Source: Ascoidea asiatica JCM 7603
Lineage: Eukaryota; Fungi; Ascomycota
DNA length: 64,000 nt
Assembly: GCA_001600695.1 (NCBI GenBank)
Contig: BCKQ01000007.1
Location: 391,183 to 455,182 of the forward strand
Direction of reading: 5' to 3'
Both the position numbers and the translations under genes were made by a program. Under the pieces are notes generated by a model. That model was given only the letters and a program-made list of their open reading frames with translations. It did not search any database and was not told where the DNA came from. Position 1 is the first letter of the stretch. Every line of letters starts with the position of its first letter. Shown piece after piece: positions 46,087 through 56,981 of this stretch.

Positions 46087-46986
46087 TTAAAACTTTTTTC
46101 TCATTTTTTGAACTTTTTTATATTGACCTCTACCACTATTTTGAGTTTGTTGAATTTCAGAATATTTTCTCTTGAAATATGATTTTTTATCATTGTCTAA
46201 CATTATTTCTTGTAATAAAGATCTTGATTTGATTTTTTTATTTGGATTTAAATTTAAATTAATATTTGAATCAATAATTGTACCCATTTGAAAAAATTTT
46301 GGAATTTGCCATTTATCTTTTTTATAAAATCTTTTTGGATCTAAAGCATTTCTTTGTTGTAATAAAATTAAATCTCTTTTAATATCTTTTGTAATTTCAG
46401 GTTTTGACATATTAAACCATTGATCACCAGAATCGTTTGGATCCATTTTTAATTTCTTTTTCTCAGATTTGGTTAATGGTTTTCCTAAATTATTTTTGGA
46501 ATTTTGAATTTCTTTTGTTTTTTTAATATTTTCATTAATATCTTTTTTTGCCATAATTAAATAATCTTTTTCTCCAAAAGTTTTATCATAATGACGTTTT
46601 TCTAAGGTTGAAATTAAAAGTTTTTTAGGTAATGAATTTATTGAATTTTGAATTGAACTTAATGAATCTTTTTCCAATGTTAAAGAATTGGAACTTGCAT
46701 TTGAATTATTTGAATTAATATTTGTTTTTAATAAACTAAATAAATCATCCATTTGTAAATTATTGAAATCTTCTGCATTACTTGTATTTATCAAATTATT
46801 ATTCATTGAAGAAACAGTTGTAGTAGTTATAGAAGATTGAGTATCAGAATCTTCACTTTGATGAGCATAGCTTGTTATTGATTCTGTAGTTGACTCTATG
46901 GTTGAAGAATCAGATAAAACAGCAGAAGCAGCAGCAGCAGCAGAATTGATAGAATCCTGAGTAGCAGATTCTTGGAATGTCAGCAT
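46087..46986 (-). CDS. FCF2: rRNA-processing protein Fcf2
   Basis: WFNMSKPEIT..KRDL..R.ALDPKRFYKK..PKFFQMGTII..YFKRKYSEIQ..SG. Confidence 0.88.
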   Translation of the reverse strand: MLTFQESATQDSINSAAAAASAVLSDSSTIESTTESITSYAHQSEDSDTQSSITTTTVSSMNNNLINTSNAEDFNNLQMDDLFSLLKTNINSNNSNASSNSLTLEKDSLSSIQNSINSLPKKLLISTLEKRHYDKTFGEKDYLIMAKKDINENIKKTKEIQNSKNNLGKPLTKSEKKKLKMDPNDSGDQWFNMSKPEITKDIKRDLILLQQRNALDPKRFYKKDKWQIPKFFQMGTIIDSNINLNLNPNKKIKSRSLLQEIMLDNDKKSYFKRKYSEIQQTQNSGRGQYKKVQKMRKKF

Positions 46987-47218
46987 ATCGTTTATATATC
47001 AACACTTGAATAAAGCAATTAGGAAATAAATCTATCTGGAAATAATATAATAAATAATACAATAAACTACTTCTTCTGTTTCCTTCTCGTTGCTTTTCGA
47101 TCCCTCTGCTGAAAAAGACTTGCACTTTTCTACGCTTTTCTCGCTTTGGAGTCTTCGCAGTCTCAGCAACGTTCTTTTTTGAGGAAATAAAATAAAATAA
47201 TTTTTTTTTATTAGAGAC

Positions 47219-47238
47219 TCACGTGATGAATGCTCATC
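47219..47238 (-). promoter_or_regulatory. Cbf1-type site and PAC motif upstream of FCF2
   Basis: TCACGTGA at 47219-47226; GCTCATC (GATGAGC on the minus strand) at 47232-47238; fits a ribosome-biogenesis gene. Confidence 0.5.
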
Positions 47239-47491
47239 CACAACATGTTTATTTAAGGGTACGAGGCGCAGTTAAATGATGGCTGGTGATTTTGAAATAA
47301 GGACTCCCCCAGAACTGGCTTTGAATTGAATATAAATATAAAACTAACAGTCAAATTTTTATACTACTTTTGATATTTAAAACAACAGTTTCTTATATAC
47401 TGTATATATATAGTTATAGAAAGTGAAATGAATTAAAATAAATTAAAAGGTCTATGAAAAGAACAAGAATTGAACAAGATCACAAATATTA

Positions 47492-48915
47492 TCAATATTT
47501 TTTTTCAGTATTATTAAACAGTCTACTATACTCCAACCATTTTGAATAAATTTCTTCTTCAGTAAATCTTACATGTTTTGATCTATAAAATAGTTTTTCT
47601 TTTTTTTGAAATATCATAATGTCATAAGCTTCACTCGCATAATTTTTCACTATATTCTCATAAAATTCTCCACATTTTTTACAAAAATCTAGTGATCCTG
47701 AATATCCCATCATCCATTTAAGAGGATTTGATCTATTACATTGAGTACATCTTGCTATAGAACCATTTTTAAGTCTAGACTTTTTCATTTTTGTTTTGGA
47801 TCTTAATCCGAAATTTGGATCATCAGGAGTTTTTTTGCTTGTACTAGGAAGAATAAACTTTAAATACTTTGGTTCAGGTTGGGAATAATCTGATGTGGAA
47901 TGAAAAGGTTGACAATAATTAGAAATCTTAGGGAAAGTATTGAAATATTGATTATAAGCATTATTTGTATTATTGTTAAACATTGGATTTATATTTGAAG
48001 GTTGTGTAGTGGAATTTATTGGTAATGTTTTCTCAACTGTTTCTGACTTTAATTCATAATTTATAGGACATTGTGGATGATTAATCGGTTCAGAAATGCT
48101 TTGATGTTGTTGTTGTTGTTGTTTTTGATCAAAAAACTGGCCATTGATAGAAACACATTTTTTTTTCACTTTTGATAAATCTGTATTATTATCGGTTTTA
48201 AATTTATAATTATTTTGAAGTGTAGATATTGGGTGAGCAATAGAAATATCATTTTTAGCAAGCACAGGATTTATTGAAGAATCATTAGATTGAACTTTTT
48301 CTTCTTTTTCTTCTTTTTCTTTACCTTTATTTTTAATTTTAGTTTTAGTTTTAGTTTCATTTTCCTTTTTAGTTATTCCAATATATTTTGGAGGTAAAAT
48401 ATTTTTTTTAGTTATAAGATAATTTTTTAAACTATATTTAGAACTACTAATAATTTTTTTATTAGAATTAAAATCAAAATGATGTAATAACGTACTTATT
48501 TGAGTAGTTTTAAAGGTAGGAGCTAAAGGTGGTGGTATAGCTTTGAAATAATTTAAATTTTTAAATATTGTAGTATTAGGATTATTTATTTGATTTATTA
48601 GTATATTATTATCAATATTATTATTAATAATAATATTATTATTATTATTATTAATATTATTATTATTATTATTAATATTATTATTATAAGAATTATCATT
48701 ATTATAAGTATTACTATTATAAAAATTATCATTATTATAAATATTACTAGCATAAATATTATTATTATCAATTCTATCTTGTTTTATAAATTGTACATCA
48801 GAATTATCAGACTTACCAGACTTATCAGATTCTTCAGATTCCTCAGATTCATTGGATTCATTGGATTCATTGGATTCATCAGATTGAGGCTCAAGAGTGT
48901 TATTGATAACATGAC

Positions 48916-48960
<45 letters not shown>

Positions 48961-49480
48961 GATAATAGTTATAATCATAGTTATTCCCATAGTTATTATC
49001 AATAGAATTTGAGATTGAATTAGATGCTGAAGAAATATTTTGATTATTTAATAATTGAGAAGAAGTACCAACACTATCTCTAAGTTGATTTGTAGGAATT
49101 ATAAAGTTTTCTTGATTATAATTATCTATGTTGAATTGATTAATTTGATATGGTTGATAATATTGATTATGTTGATTATATTCATCATATTGATCAAACT
49201 GATTAGATATATCAAATTGATTTGTTTGATAAGAAAAAGCATTTTCAGTATTTTCAGTATTTTCAATATTTTCAATATTTCGATAAGGTTGATTATTTTG
49301 AAAAGTTAAAACTGGAACAGGAACTGGAGCAGAAGCAGGAGATAAATAATGAGAATTATTTAAATTATTAGGTACTTGAGTTATACTTTGTTGATTTGAA
49401 TAATTGAAATTTTGTTTAGATGAGTAATTTATTTTATTATTTTGATTTATATATTGATTTTTATAATTATTTTGTTCCAT
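47492..49480 (-). CDS. Asn/Gln/Tyr-rich protein with a degenerate C-terminal GATA-type zinc finger
   Basis: CTQC-x18-CKKCGEFY with W and G at the canonical positions; the rest is low complexity. Confidence 0.65.
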
Positions 49481-50212
49481 TTTTTTTCAAATAAAAAACT
49501 AAAAAATATGCAAATAACATATTTTATTAGCAAGAATTTAAGTAAATTAATTTAAATAAAAGAATTTGATATTTTTTTAACAATTGAATTTTTTTTTTTA
49601 TTATTTAAGATGTTGAATTAACCAAATTAAAAGAATAAAAGGCTTTCCTAATATATATTTTTTGAATAATAAATAGAATACTCTACTTTTTCAATAAGGA
49701 TATAGTATATACTAGTAATATGATATTCCATTGACAATACTTCATTGTATCAGCTATAAACAAAGATCATGTTGATTCAGTAGTGGGTTTTAAAAAACAT
49801 AGCTGTGAATTAATCTCATTAACATTGTTGTATATATTGGATTTAGTCTTTGGTCTTTGTTTTCATTCAAACCACAAAAGAAAATAAGTGAAGAATTGGA
49901 GAGAATAGCCCATTTTAGTTACTTTTCTATTCCTAAAGAGAGTGGTCTCTTATTGAATAAGAATGAAAGAATCATTTATTTACAGTACTCTATCTTAAAG
50001 GATTCACTCTGTCTTATCCAATTCTGGGTTTGATTCATCATTTCAATACTTCCAAAATATGAATTTATCAATAATTATTTATCAGTAAATTATTGTATTT
50101 TATCAACTATTGTTTATTTTTATACGTATTTAACTTTTGCCGACAAATTCGGTTACTGTCAAACAATAAAAATAAAAAAAAAAAAATAAGTAAGTAAGAA
50201 AGAAAAAAAGGA

Positions 50213-50286
50213 TGGTCCCTAGCAGGATCGAACTGCTGATCCCCGCGTTATTAGCACGATGCCTTAACCAACTGGGCCAAGGGACC
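50213..50286 (-). tRNA. tRNA-Ile(AAT)
   Basis: Reverse complement GGTCCCTTGGCCCAGTTGGTTAAGGCATCGTGCTAATAACGCGGGGATCAGCAGTTCGATCCTGCTAGGGACCA; T-run downstream. Confidence 0.96.
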
Positions 50287-51020
50287 TTTCCTGTTGGAAA
50301 CAGTTATTTTACAATTTCTTGTTCACTACAGATAAACACCACTCTAGGACACATTTTCTGTCCCTGGATGTCCTGTATATATAATTGTTTTGTCTCTGAT
50401 TACATCAGCACCCACTCCCATGGCTCCTTCCCCGGCTCTTTGTCTGCTTCGTCTCTCTCGAACTCCCAGAACATTCGCTTTGAACATTCGCATCAAACTT
50501 TTGTATTTACTTTCCCAGTCAATTCTGGGCTCGAGGTTTACCAGCAATCTTGACTGGAGTTTTGCTTTGATTCCACTCCAAATTTTAGGTTAGGGTCTAA
50601 AGGCTTAGCGTATTTCATCTTTTAGAGCAACTAGTTTCACTTCCTAAATTTTCACCTGTTTTTAGTCAATTCATGCTTAAATTCATGAAAAAACTAAAAA
50701 AGAATGCTTGTTTTATTCCATATTATATTTGCTATTCCATTCAATTCTATAGATTCTATCAATTGATTATGTTTTACATAATATTTACATAATGTTTACA
50801 TAATGTTTACATCATTTGTAATTAAAATATTTATTTAATTCTGATAATTTAAATCAGTCCTGTTTTGTTGTTTTTCTTTTCTATTTTTTCTTCAAAAGGA
50901 AAGTAAAATATATATTCTTTTTTTTTTTTCTTCTTTTTATTATTATTTGAATCTACATACTTTAAAAAATTCAAATAGTTATAGAATACTTTTAATATAC
51001 CTTATATATAAAATTTAAAA

Positions 51021-52670
51021 ATGGAATATAATAGACCAGCTGTAGAAGTACCTTCTCAATCCAATCAAAATAATAATCAAGAGAATTCTCAAGAGAATAA
51101 TTATTCTCAAAAACAACAATCAAATTCAAAAAATTATAATAATAATCAAAATTTACAACCAAATAATAGTTCAAAAGATAGTGGTAGTCAAAATTATAAT
51201 GATAATAATGATAATAATAACTATGAAAAACCAATAAATTCAGAAAATTTTGAAGAATCTTTTAAAACAAAAAATAAATTTCATGATATTCCATTCACTA
51301 TTTTTTTTTTACTTGTTTTATCTGGTTTTATTGCAATTTCAATTATTACTTTAAGATCTTATTCAAAAACTTATTCATTTCAAGGTAATAGTATTTATGA
51401 TTCTTCAAATTCTTCATCTTTAGATACAAATGCTGTAATTTGTTTAATTTTTGTAACTGTTATTGCATTAATTTTTGCAATTTTAACAATGATTCTTGCA
51501 AGATCTTATCCAAAAAAATTTATAATTATTGGTTTAATTACAAATATTATTTTTTCAATTGGTACTGCAATTGCATATTTTATTATGAAATATTGGTCCG
51601 CAGCTATAGTTTTTTTAATATTTGGTTTATTTTCTGCTTGGATTTATTGGAGTTGGAGAAGTAGAATTCCATTATCTGCAACAATTTTAACAATAATTAT
51701 TAATGTAATGAAAGATCATCCAATAGTTTTATGGATTTCATTTTTAGGTGCTTTAATATCTTCTGCTTTTGCAGTATTATTATCAACAACAATTGTTGCA
51801 ACTTATATAAAATATGATAATAAATCAAATAATCCTGGTTGTTCAGTATCTGGTGGTTCATGTTCAAATGCAAAATTAATTGGAATTTTAGTTTTTATAA
51901 TTTTTTCAGGTTATTATATTTCTGAAGTTATAAAAAATATAATTCATTCAACAATTTCTGGAATTTATGGAACTTGGTATTACCTTTCAAAATCTGATCA
52001 AGGTTATCCAAAACATCCTGCTTTAGGTGCATTTAAAAGAATAATTTTATATTCTTTTGGTTCAATTTGTTTTGGATCTTTAATTGTTGCAATTATTGAA
52101 AGTTTTAGACAATTAATTAATATTGCAAAACAAAATGCAATTAATACTGGTGATAATTTTTCTGCAATTTTTTTATGTTGTTTAGATTTATTAATTGGTA
52201 TAATTCAATGGATTGCAAGATATTTTAATCATTATGCTTATTCATATATTGCTTTATATGGTGGTTCATATATTAATGCTGCAAAAAATACTTGGAAATT
52301 AACAAAAATCAAAGGTATTGATGCTTTAATTAATGATTCTTTAATTGGTACTTCATTATCAATGTTTTCATTATTTAATGGTTATATTACATGTTTATTT
52401 ACATTTTTATGGTTAAGATTAACAAAACCAAATTATAATAATTCAAATAGTTTTTATTTACCTTTAATGGCATTTTCTTTTTTAATTAGTGGACAAATTA
52501 TGTTAATTACAACAACTGTTATTACTAGTGGTACAAGTACTTTTTTCATTTCTTTAGCAAAAGATCCTGAAGTTTTCAAATCTTCTTATCCAAATGAATT
52601 TGATCAAATTTTTAAAAATTATCCTCAAGTTATGAATAAATTAATGGATACTCATGCAGAAGCTGTTTGA
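51021..52670 (+). CDS. PNS1: Choline-transporter-like (CTL) membrane protein Pns1
   Basis: KFHDIPF; RSRIPLS; SFGSICFGSLIVA; FNHYAYSYIALYG..Y..AAK.TW; GIDALIND. Confidence 0.9.
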   Translation: MEYNRPAVEVPSQSNQNNNQENSQENNYSQKQQSNSKNYNNNQNLQPNNSSKDSGSQNYNDNNDNNNYEKPINSENFEESFKTKNKFHDIPFTIFFLLVLSGFIAISIITLRSYSKTYSFQGNSIYDSSNSSSLDTNAVICLIFVTVIALIFAILTMILARSYPKKFIIIGLITNIIFSIGTAIAYFIMKYWSAAIVFLIFGLFSAWIYWSWRSRIPLSATILTIIINVMKDHPIVLWISFLGALISSAFAVLLSTTIVATYIKYDNKSNNPGCSVSGGSCSNAKLIGILVFIIFSGYYISEVIKNIIHSTISGIYGTWYYLSKSDQGYPKHPALGAFKRIILYSFGSICFGSLIVAIIESFRQLINIAKQNAINTGDNFSAIFLCCLDLLIGIIQWIARYFNHYAYSYIALYGGSYINAAKNTWKLTKIKGIDALINDSLIGTSLSMFSLFNGYITCLFTFLWLRLTKPNYNNSNSFYLPLMAFSFLISGQIMLITTTVITSGTSTFFISLAKDPEVFKSSYPNEFDQIFKNYPQVMNKLMDTHAEAV

Positions 52671-52787
52671 AATTTACCTTATTTATCTTTTTATTCTATA
52701 TCTATTTATATACAGTATATTAATATATATTTATTCTATAATAAATTACCTTTACATTAATATTAATATTAATAAATTTAACAACAC

Positions 52788-52806
52788 CCACAAAGACGGT
52801 CTCAGT
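52788..52806 (+). repeat. Dispersed 19-bp element, variant copy C
   Basis: CCACAAAGACGGTCTCAGT, 16/19 identical to copies A and B. Confidence 0.7.
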
Positions 52807-53341
52807 GCAACTTTAATACAATTACAGGACTTGTCCTATATTCAAAATAATATATAGGACAGACCTGCCTCAAACCACCGCCAAATGCAGCACTTCACCA
52901 AATTCACCAAATTCACCAAATTCATCAAATTCTGCTGTTTTTGCAGTTTTTGCTGCTTTTGCGATTTTGTTTCCAGTTCCACTGTTTTTTTAGTTCTGTG
53001 TCAGAGCACTTAGATTTGAAGATGACTTTCTCTTCATATGCTGGAAAGAGAAAAAAGTTGGGGAAATTGGCAACTTTATAAGTGAGTGCTCTTGAAAATG
53101 TTGATTCAAAATATATTTCAATCAGTAACTAAAAATTACCATAATTAAAATATTTCATTATTATTATCATTATTATTATTATTATTATTATTAAAAAGAT
53201 AATTGTGTCAATAAAAATAATTCTTTTTTGTTAAAGTCCTCAAGAAAAATAAAAAGTTGCTATCAAAAATTCAAATATTTACTCTATTGTTATTTTCTTT
53301 TCAAAAAGTAATAAAAATCAATCATCCAATTCAAAATTAAA

Positions 53342-54322
53342 ATGACTCCTTGTACAGCTAATAGTAATTCCAATAATTCAAATTTTTTAAATGATAGGTT
53401 CAAAAATTCTTCTTCAATGGTTAAATATAATTCTACTGTTAAAATGATGAAAGGCTCACCTTTATCAAATAATAATAAATTAACTGATTCAACTAATACC
53501 AATTACAATAAAAGTGAACCTGTTTCACCAAAAGATACAAAAGCTAAATTCTATTCATATGAACAGCTTATTCCAAGTTCTTCCAATGAAAAGAATTCTT
53601 TTAAGAAAAGAACTGTTCGTTTTTATTTTCCAAAAAAATTTGAAAAAGGTTCTGTAATTTTTACATCTGAAAATTCAGATTTTGATGATTATGAACAAAA
53701 AAAAGAACAAGAAAAAAAAAAGAAAAATGGAAAATTAGAAGAAAATGAAGAAGAATCTGAATCTGAATATGAATCTGGATTAGAATTTCTTCCAAATTGG
53801 CAAAGTGATACAGATAATAAGAAATTTCTTCATCCTAATTATGATAGTAGTTGTGATTCTCTTTCTCAATCTTTATATGATGGTTCTGATAATCAATCAA
53901 ATTCAGCTGTTGATTCAATTGAATTTATTGATGCTCTTATTGAATCAAATAATAAAAAAAAATCATTAAATTTTAAAGGTACAAGTAGTAACAATATTAA
54001 TAATAATAGTCAAAACCAGAATCAAAATCAAAATCAAAATAAAAATAAAAATAAAAATAAAAATAAAAATAAAACTAGTGATTATATTCCAAATCTTTTT
54101 TCATTAAATATTCCAAAAACAAATGATTATAATTTTTTTCAAAATTTAAATGAATCTTTATTAAGAAAAATTCCAAATTTACCTTCAAATGATAATTTAA
54201 GTAACAAATTGAATAATAAATTAAATAATAATTTGGAGATTAATAAGAATAATAATAATAAAAAAAGACCAATTGATTCAATTTCTTTAACTTATTCAAA
54301 AGATAAAAGACGTAAACTTTAA
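53342..54322 (+). CDS. Hypothetical low-complexity protein
   Basis: 326-aa ATG-initiated ORF with host-like codon use; no recognisable domain. Confidence 0.6.
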   Translation: MTPCTANSNSNNSNFLNDRFKNSSSMVKYNSTVKMMKGSPLSNNNKLTDSTNTNYNKSEPVSPKDTKAKFYSYEQLIPSSSNEKNSFKKRTVRFYFPKKFEKGSVIFTSENSDFDDYEQKKEQEKKKKNGKLEENEEESESEYESGLEFLPNWQSDTDNKKFLHPNYDSSCDSLSQSLYDGSDNQSNSAVDSIEFIDALIESNNKKKSLNFKGTSSNNINNNSQNQNQNQNQNKNKNKNKNKNKTSDYIPNLFSLNIPKTNDYNFFQNLNESLLRKIPNLPSNDNLSNKLNNKLNNNLEINKNNNNKKRPIDSISLTYSKDKRRKL

Positions 54323-54631
54323 TACATAATTTATCTAAATTTTAAGTATAGAAAGCATTTTAAATTTTTTCCATTTTTCTTTAATCATTTTATAGATATT
54401 CAACCCCATTTCCTTTTCAACCTTTTTATTATTATTATTAAAAAAAATAAAAACATAGCAAACAAATAACAAATATTGAAATGAAATGAATATATAGTCA
54501 AAAGTAAAAAAAAGCTGTGATAATGATTTTGATCAACAATTAACCCTTTTTTTTTGACCCGTTATAATTACATACATATAATAAACATACAATTTTTTTT
54601 TTTTTTTTTATTTTATTTAATATTTTTGTAA

Positions 54632-56617
54632 TTATTTTTTTCTTTCTTTCATTGCTTCTCTTGCTATACTTCTAGCTTCTTCAATTTCATTAGAAGTTCC
54701 TTGAGTTAAATCGCTTGCATATTTATAAGCTTGATCCCAATTTTTATTTTTTAATTCATATTTTGCAAGCCAAAGTTTGGATTTACAAATTTCATCTGTT
54801 ATACCATATTCACCTTCTTTTAAACATAATTTCATATAAATTACTGCATTTGGTATATCTTTAATTTCTTGATATAAAATTGCTAATTTATATAAAATTA
54901 TTGGATCCATATCAGATATTGATAAAACTCTTCTATATGATTTTATACTTTCATTATATTTATGTAATTTTTCATAACAATTACCTAAAGCTTGCCACAT
55001 TCTTTTATCTAAAGGATTTAAAGCACATGCTTTTTGATAATAATATAATGAATATAAATGCATATCTAAAACTTCATAAGCTTGACCTAAACCATACCAA
55101 GCTTTAAAATCTTTATTATTTGTATCAACAGCTCTTCTATAACTTTCAATTGCTGCATGACTATTTTTTAATTCAACAAATTCATGACCCATTAAAGTCC
55201 AAGCTGATAAACATGATCTATTTAATGTTAAAGCTCTTCTATAATACATTATTGCTTTTTCATGTTCAAATTTTAATGAATAATAATTTGCTATAATACA
55301 ACAAGTTTCTGGTCTAAATTTATCAATTGAAGAAGCTAATTGAGCTAAATATGATAATTTTGCATTTTTTTCCATAACATATAAAATATTTGAATAAATA
55401 TCTAAATCATCTAATCTAAAAGGATCATTTAATAAAATATTATCAAAAATTCTTTCAGATTCTTGATAATCTAAATGATGATAAGATATTAAAGCATTTT
55501 GAATTTGAATAAAAGAAAATTTTGGAAAAATATTATTTAAAAAATTCAATTCTTTAATTAATAAAAAATTTTGTTGAAAAAATTCTTGATGAATAACAAC
55601 AGAAAAAAAATTTATCATAATATTTTTATTATTTAATTTAATTTGTTTTAAAAATTTTTTTGATAAATTCGAATTTGTTGAAATATTATTTGGATTAAAA
55701 TTTATAAACCGATTTAAAAATGCTAAAGCTTCATCAAATGAAGAAATACTTGAAATTAATTCTTGCCAACATGACCAATTATATGGATATAATAATAAAG
55801 ATTTATATAAAGATTCTTGAGCTGAAGTTTTATTTTTTTGTTTTAATAATGTAATTCCATTAAGATAATATATAAAAGGATTTAAATATTCTTCATTTTT
55901 TTTATCTATTTTTTTATCTTTATTTTTTTTCTCAATTTTATTATTATTTATCTCATTATTTATGTCTTTAATTGAATCTTTACTTTTATTATTTTTACTA
56001 TTCTTATCATTATTATTGATATTATTATTGTCATTATCATTGTCATTATCATTATCATTATCATTTTCAATATCTATTTTGTCTTTATCAAGTTCAGTAT
56101 CATTTTCATTATCATGTTCATTTAATTCAATATAATTATCAATTTCTTTCAAAATTAAAGGTAAAGATAAATTTTGAGCAATTGAATCTTGTTGACCTAA
56201 AACACCTTCAGTATCTTCTTCTTTCTTTTTCTCCCCAGAAAGATACATTGAATATAATTTAATGAATAAAGATAAAGAAGATTTTGATTTTTTTAAAATA
56301 TTAAAACATCTTGAAAATTCTTTACAATCAAAATATGATTTTGCTAACATTATTTTATCCATTTCTTTTAAGAAAAAAGGATTTGATTGATAATTGGATA
56401 TACTAAATGAGTTTAAACTGGTATTAGAGCCTACTGTTGTTGTTGTTGTTGTTTCTATTAAATTTGATTCATTTTCAATTTCAACTAATCCATTCAAAGC
56501 TTCTGCAGACCATTTAGCGCTGGAATAAAGACATAAAAAAGATAAAGTTGTGAAAGATTCTCTGAGTTCGTGTCTAATTGGAAGTAGGTCTTCTTCTTTT
56601 ATATTTGATAGATTCAT
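54632..56617 (-). CDS. CDC23: Anaphase-promoting complex subunit Cdc23 (APC8)
   Basis: SAKWSAEAL; AKSYFDCKEF; DKFRPETCCIIANYYS; AWTLMGHEFVELKN; TPR array. Confidence 0.95.
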   Translation of the reverse strand: MNLSNIKEEDLLPIRHELRESFTTLSFLCLYSSAKWSAEALNGLVEIENESNLIETTTTTTVGSNTSLNSFSISNYQSNPFFLKEMDKIMLAKSYFDCKEFSRCFNILKKSKSSLSLFIKLYSMYLSGEKKKEEDTEGVLGQQDSIAQNLSLPLILKEIDNYIELNEHDNENDTELDKDKIDIENDNDNDNDNDNDNNNINNNDKNSKNNKSKDSIKDINNEINNNKIEKKNKDKKIDKKNEEYLNPFIYYLNGITLLKQKNKTSAQESLYKSLLLYPYNWSCWQELISSISSFDEALAFLNRFINFNPNNISTNSNLSKKFLKQIKLNNKNIMINFFSVVIHQEFFQQNFLLIKELNFLNNIFPKFSFIQIQNALISYHHLDYQESERIFDNILLNDPFRLDDLDIYSNILYVMEKNAKLSYLAQLASSIDKFRPETCCIIANYYSLKFEHEKAIMYYRRALTLNRSCLSAWTLMGHEFVELKNSHAAIESYRRAVDTNNKDFKAWYGLGQAYEVLDMHLYSLYYYQKACALNPLDKRMWQALGNCYEKLHKYNESIKSYRRVLSISDMDPIILYKLAILYQEIKDIPNAVIYMKLCLKEGEYGITDEICKSKLWLAKYELKNKNWDQAYKYASDLTQGTSNEIEEARSIAREAMKERKK

Positions 56618-56746
56618 TATGCAACAGTTATTATATTAATTGTATCCAAATCCAATTCCATTCATGATTACTCAATTTCTTTTATTTCTTCTTGTTGTTC
56701 TTCTTCTCTTCTTCTTGGACCTTGTTTTGTTTTGAATTAGATTCAT

Positions 56747-56799
56747 GTAAACACTCAGCAGGCAGAAACTGTAAACACTGTCGTAAATGCCGTTACCCT
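56747..56799. promoter_or_regulatory. Forkhead-type and Reb1-type sites upstream of CDC23
   Basis: GTAAACA at 56747 and 56771; TTACCCT at 56793. Confidence 0.35.
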
Positions 56800-56981
56800 C
56801 CCGCTGTTATTAATTTGATTGAAACCCTTTCCTGTTGTTAAAAGTGTATTGGAAGATGAAATTATATTGAAAAAAAAAAGTATATTAAACATTAAACAAA
56901 TACAGAATGAAACAAAGAAACAAAGAAACTAAATAGTAAAGAGATTATAAGTGAATTAGGAAGTATTTATATACAATATAA

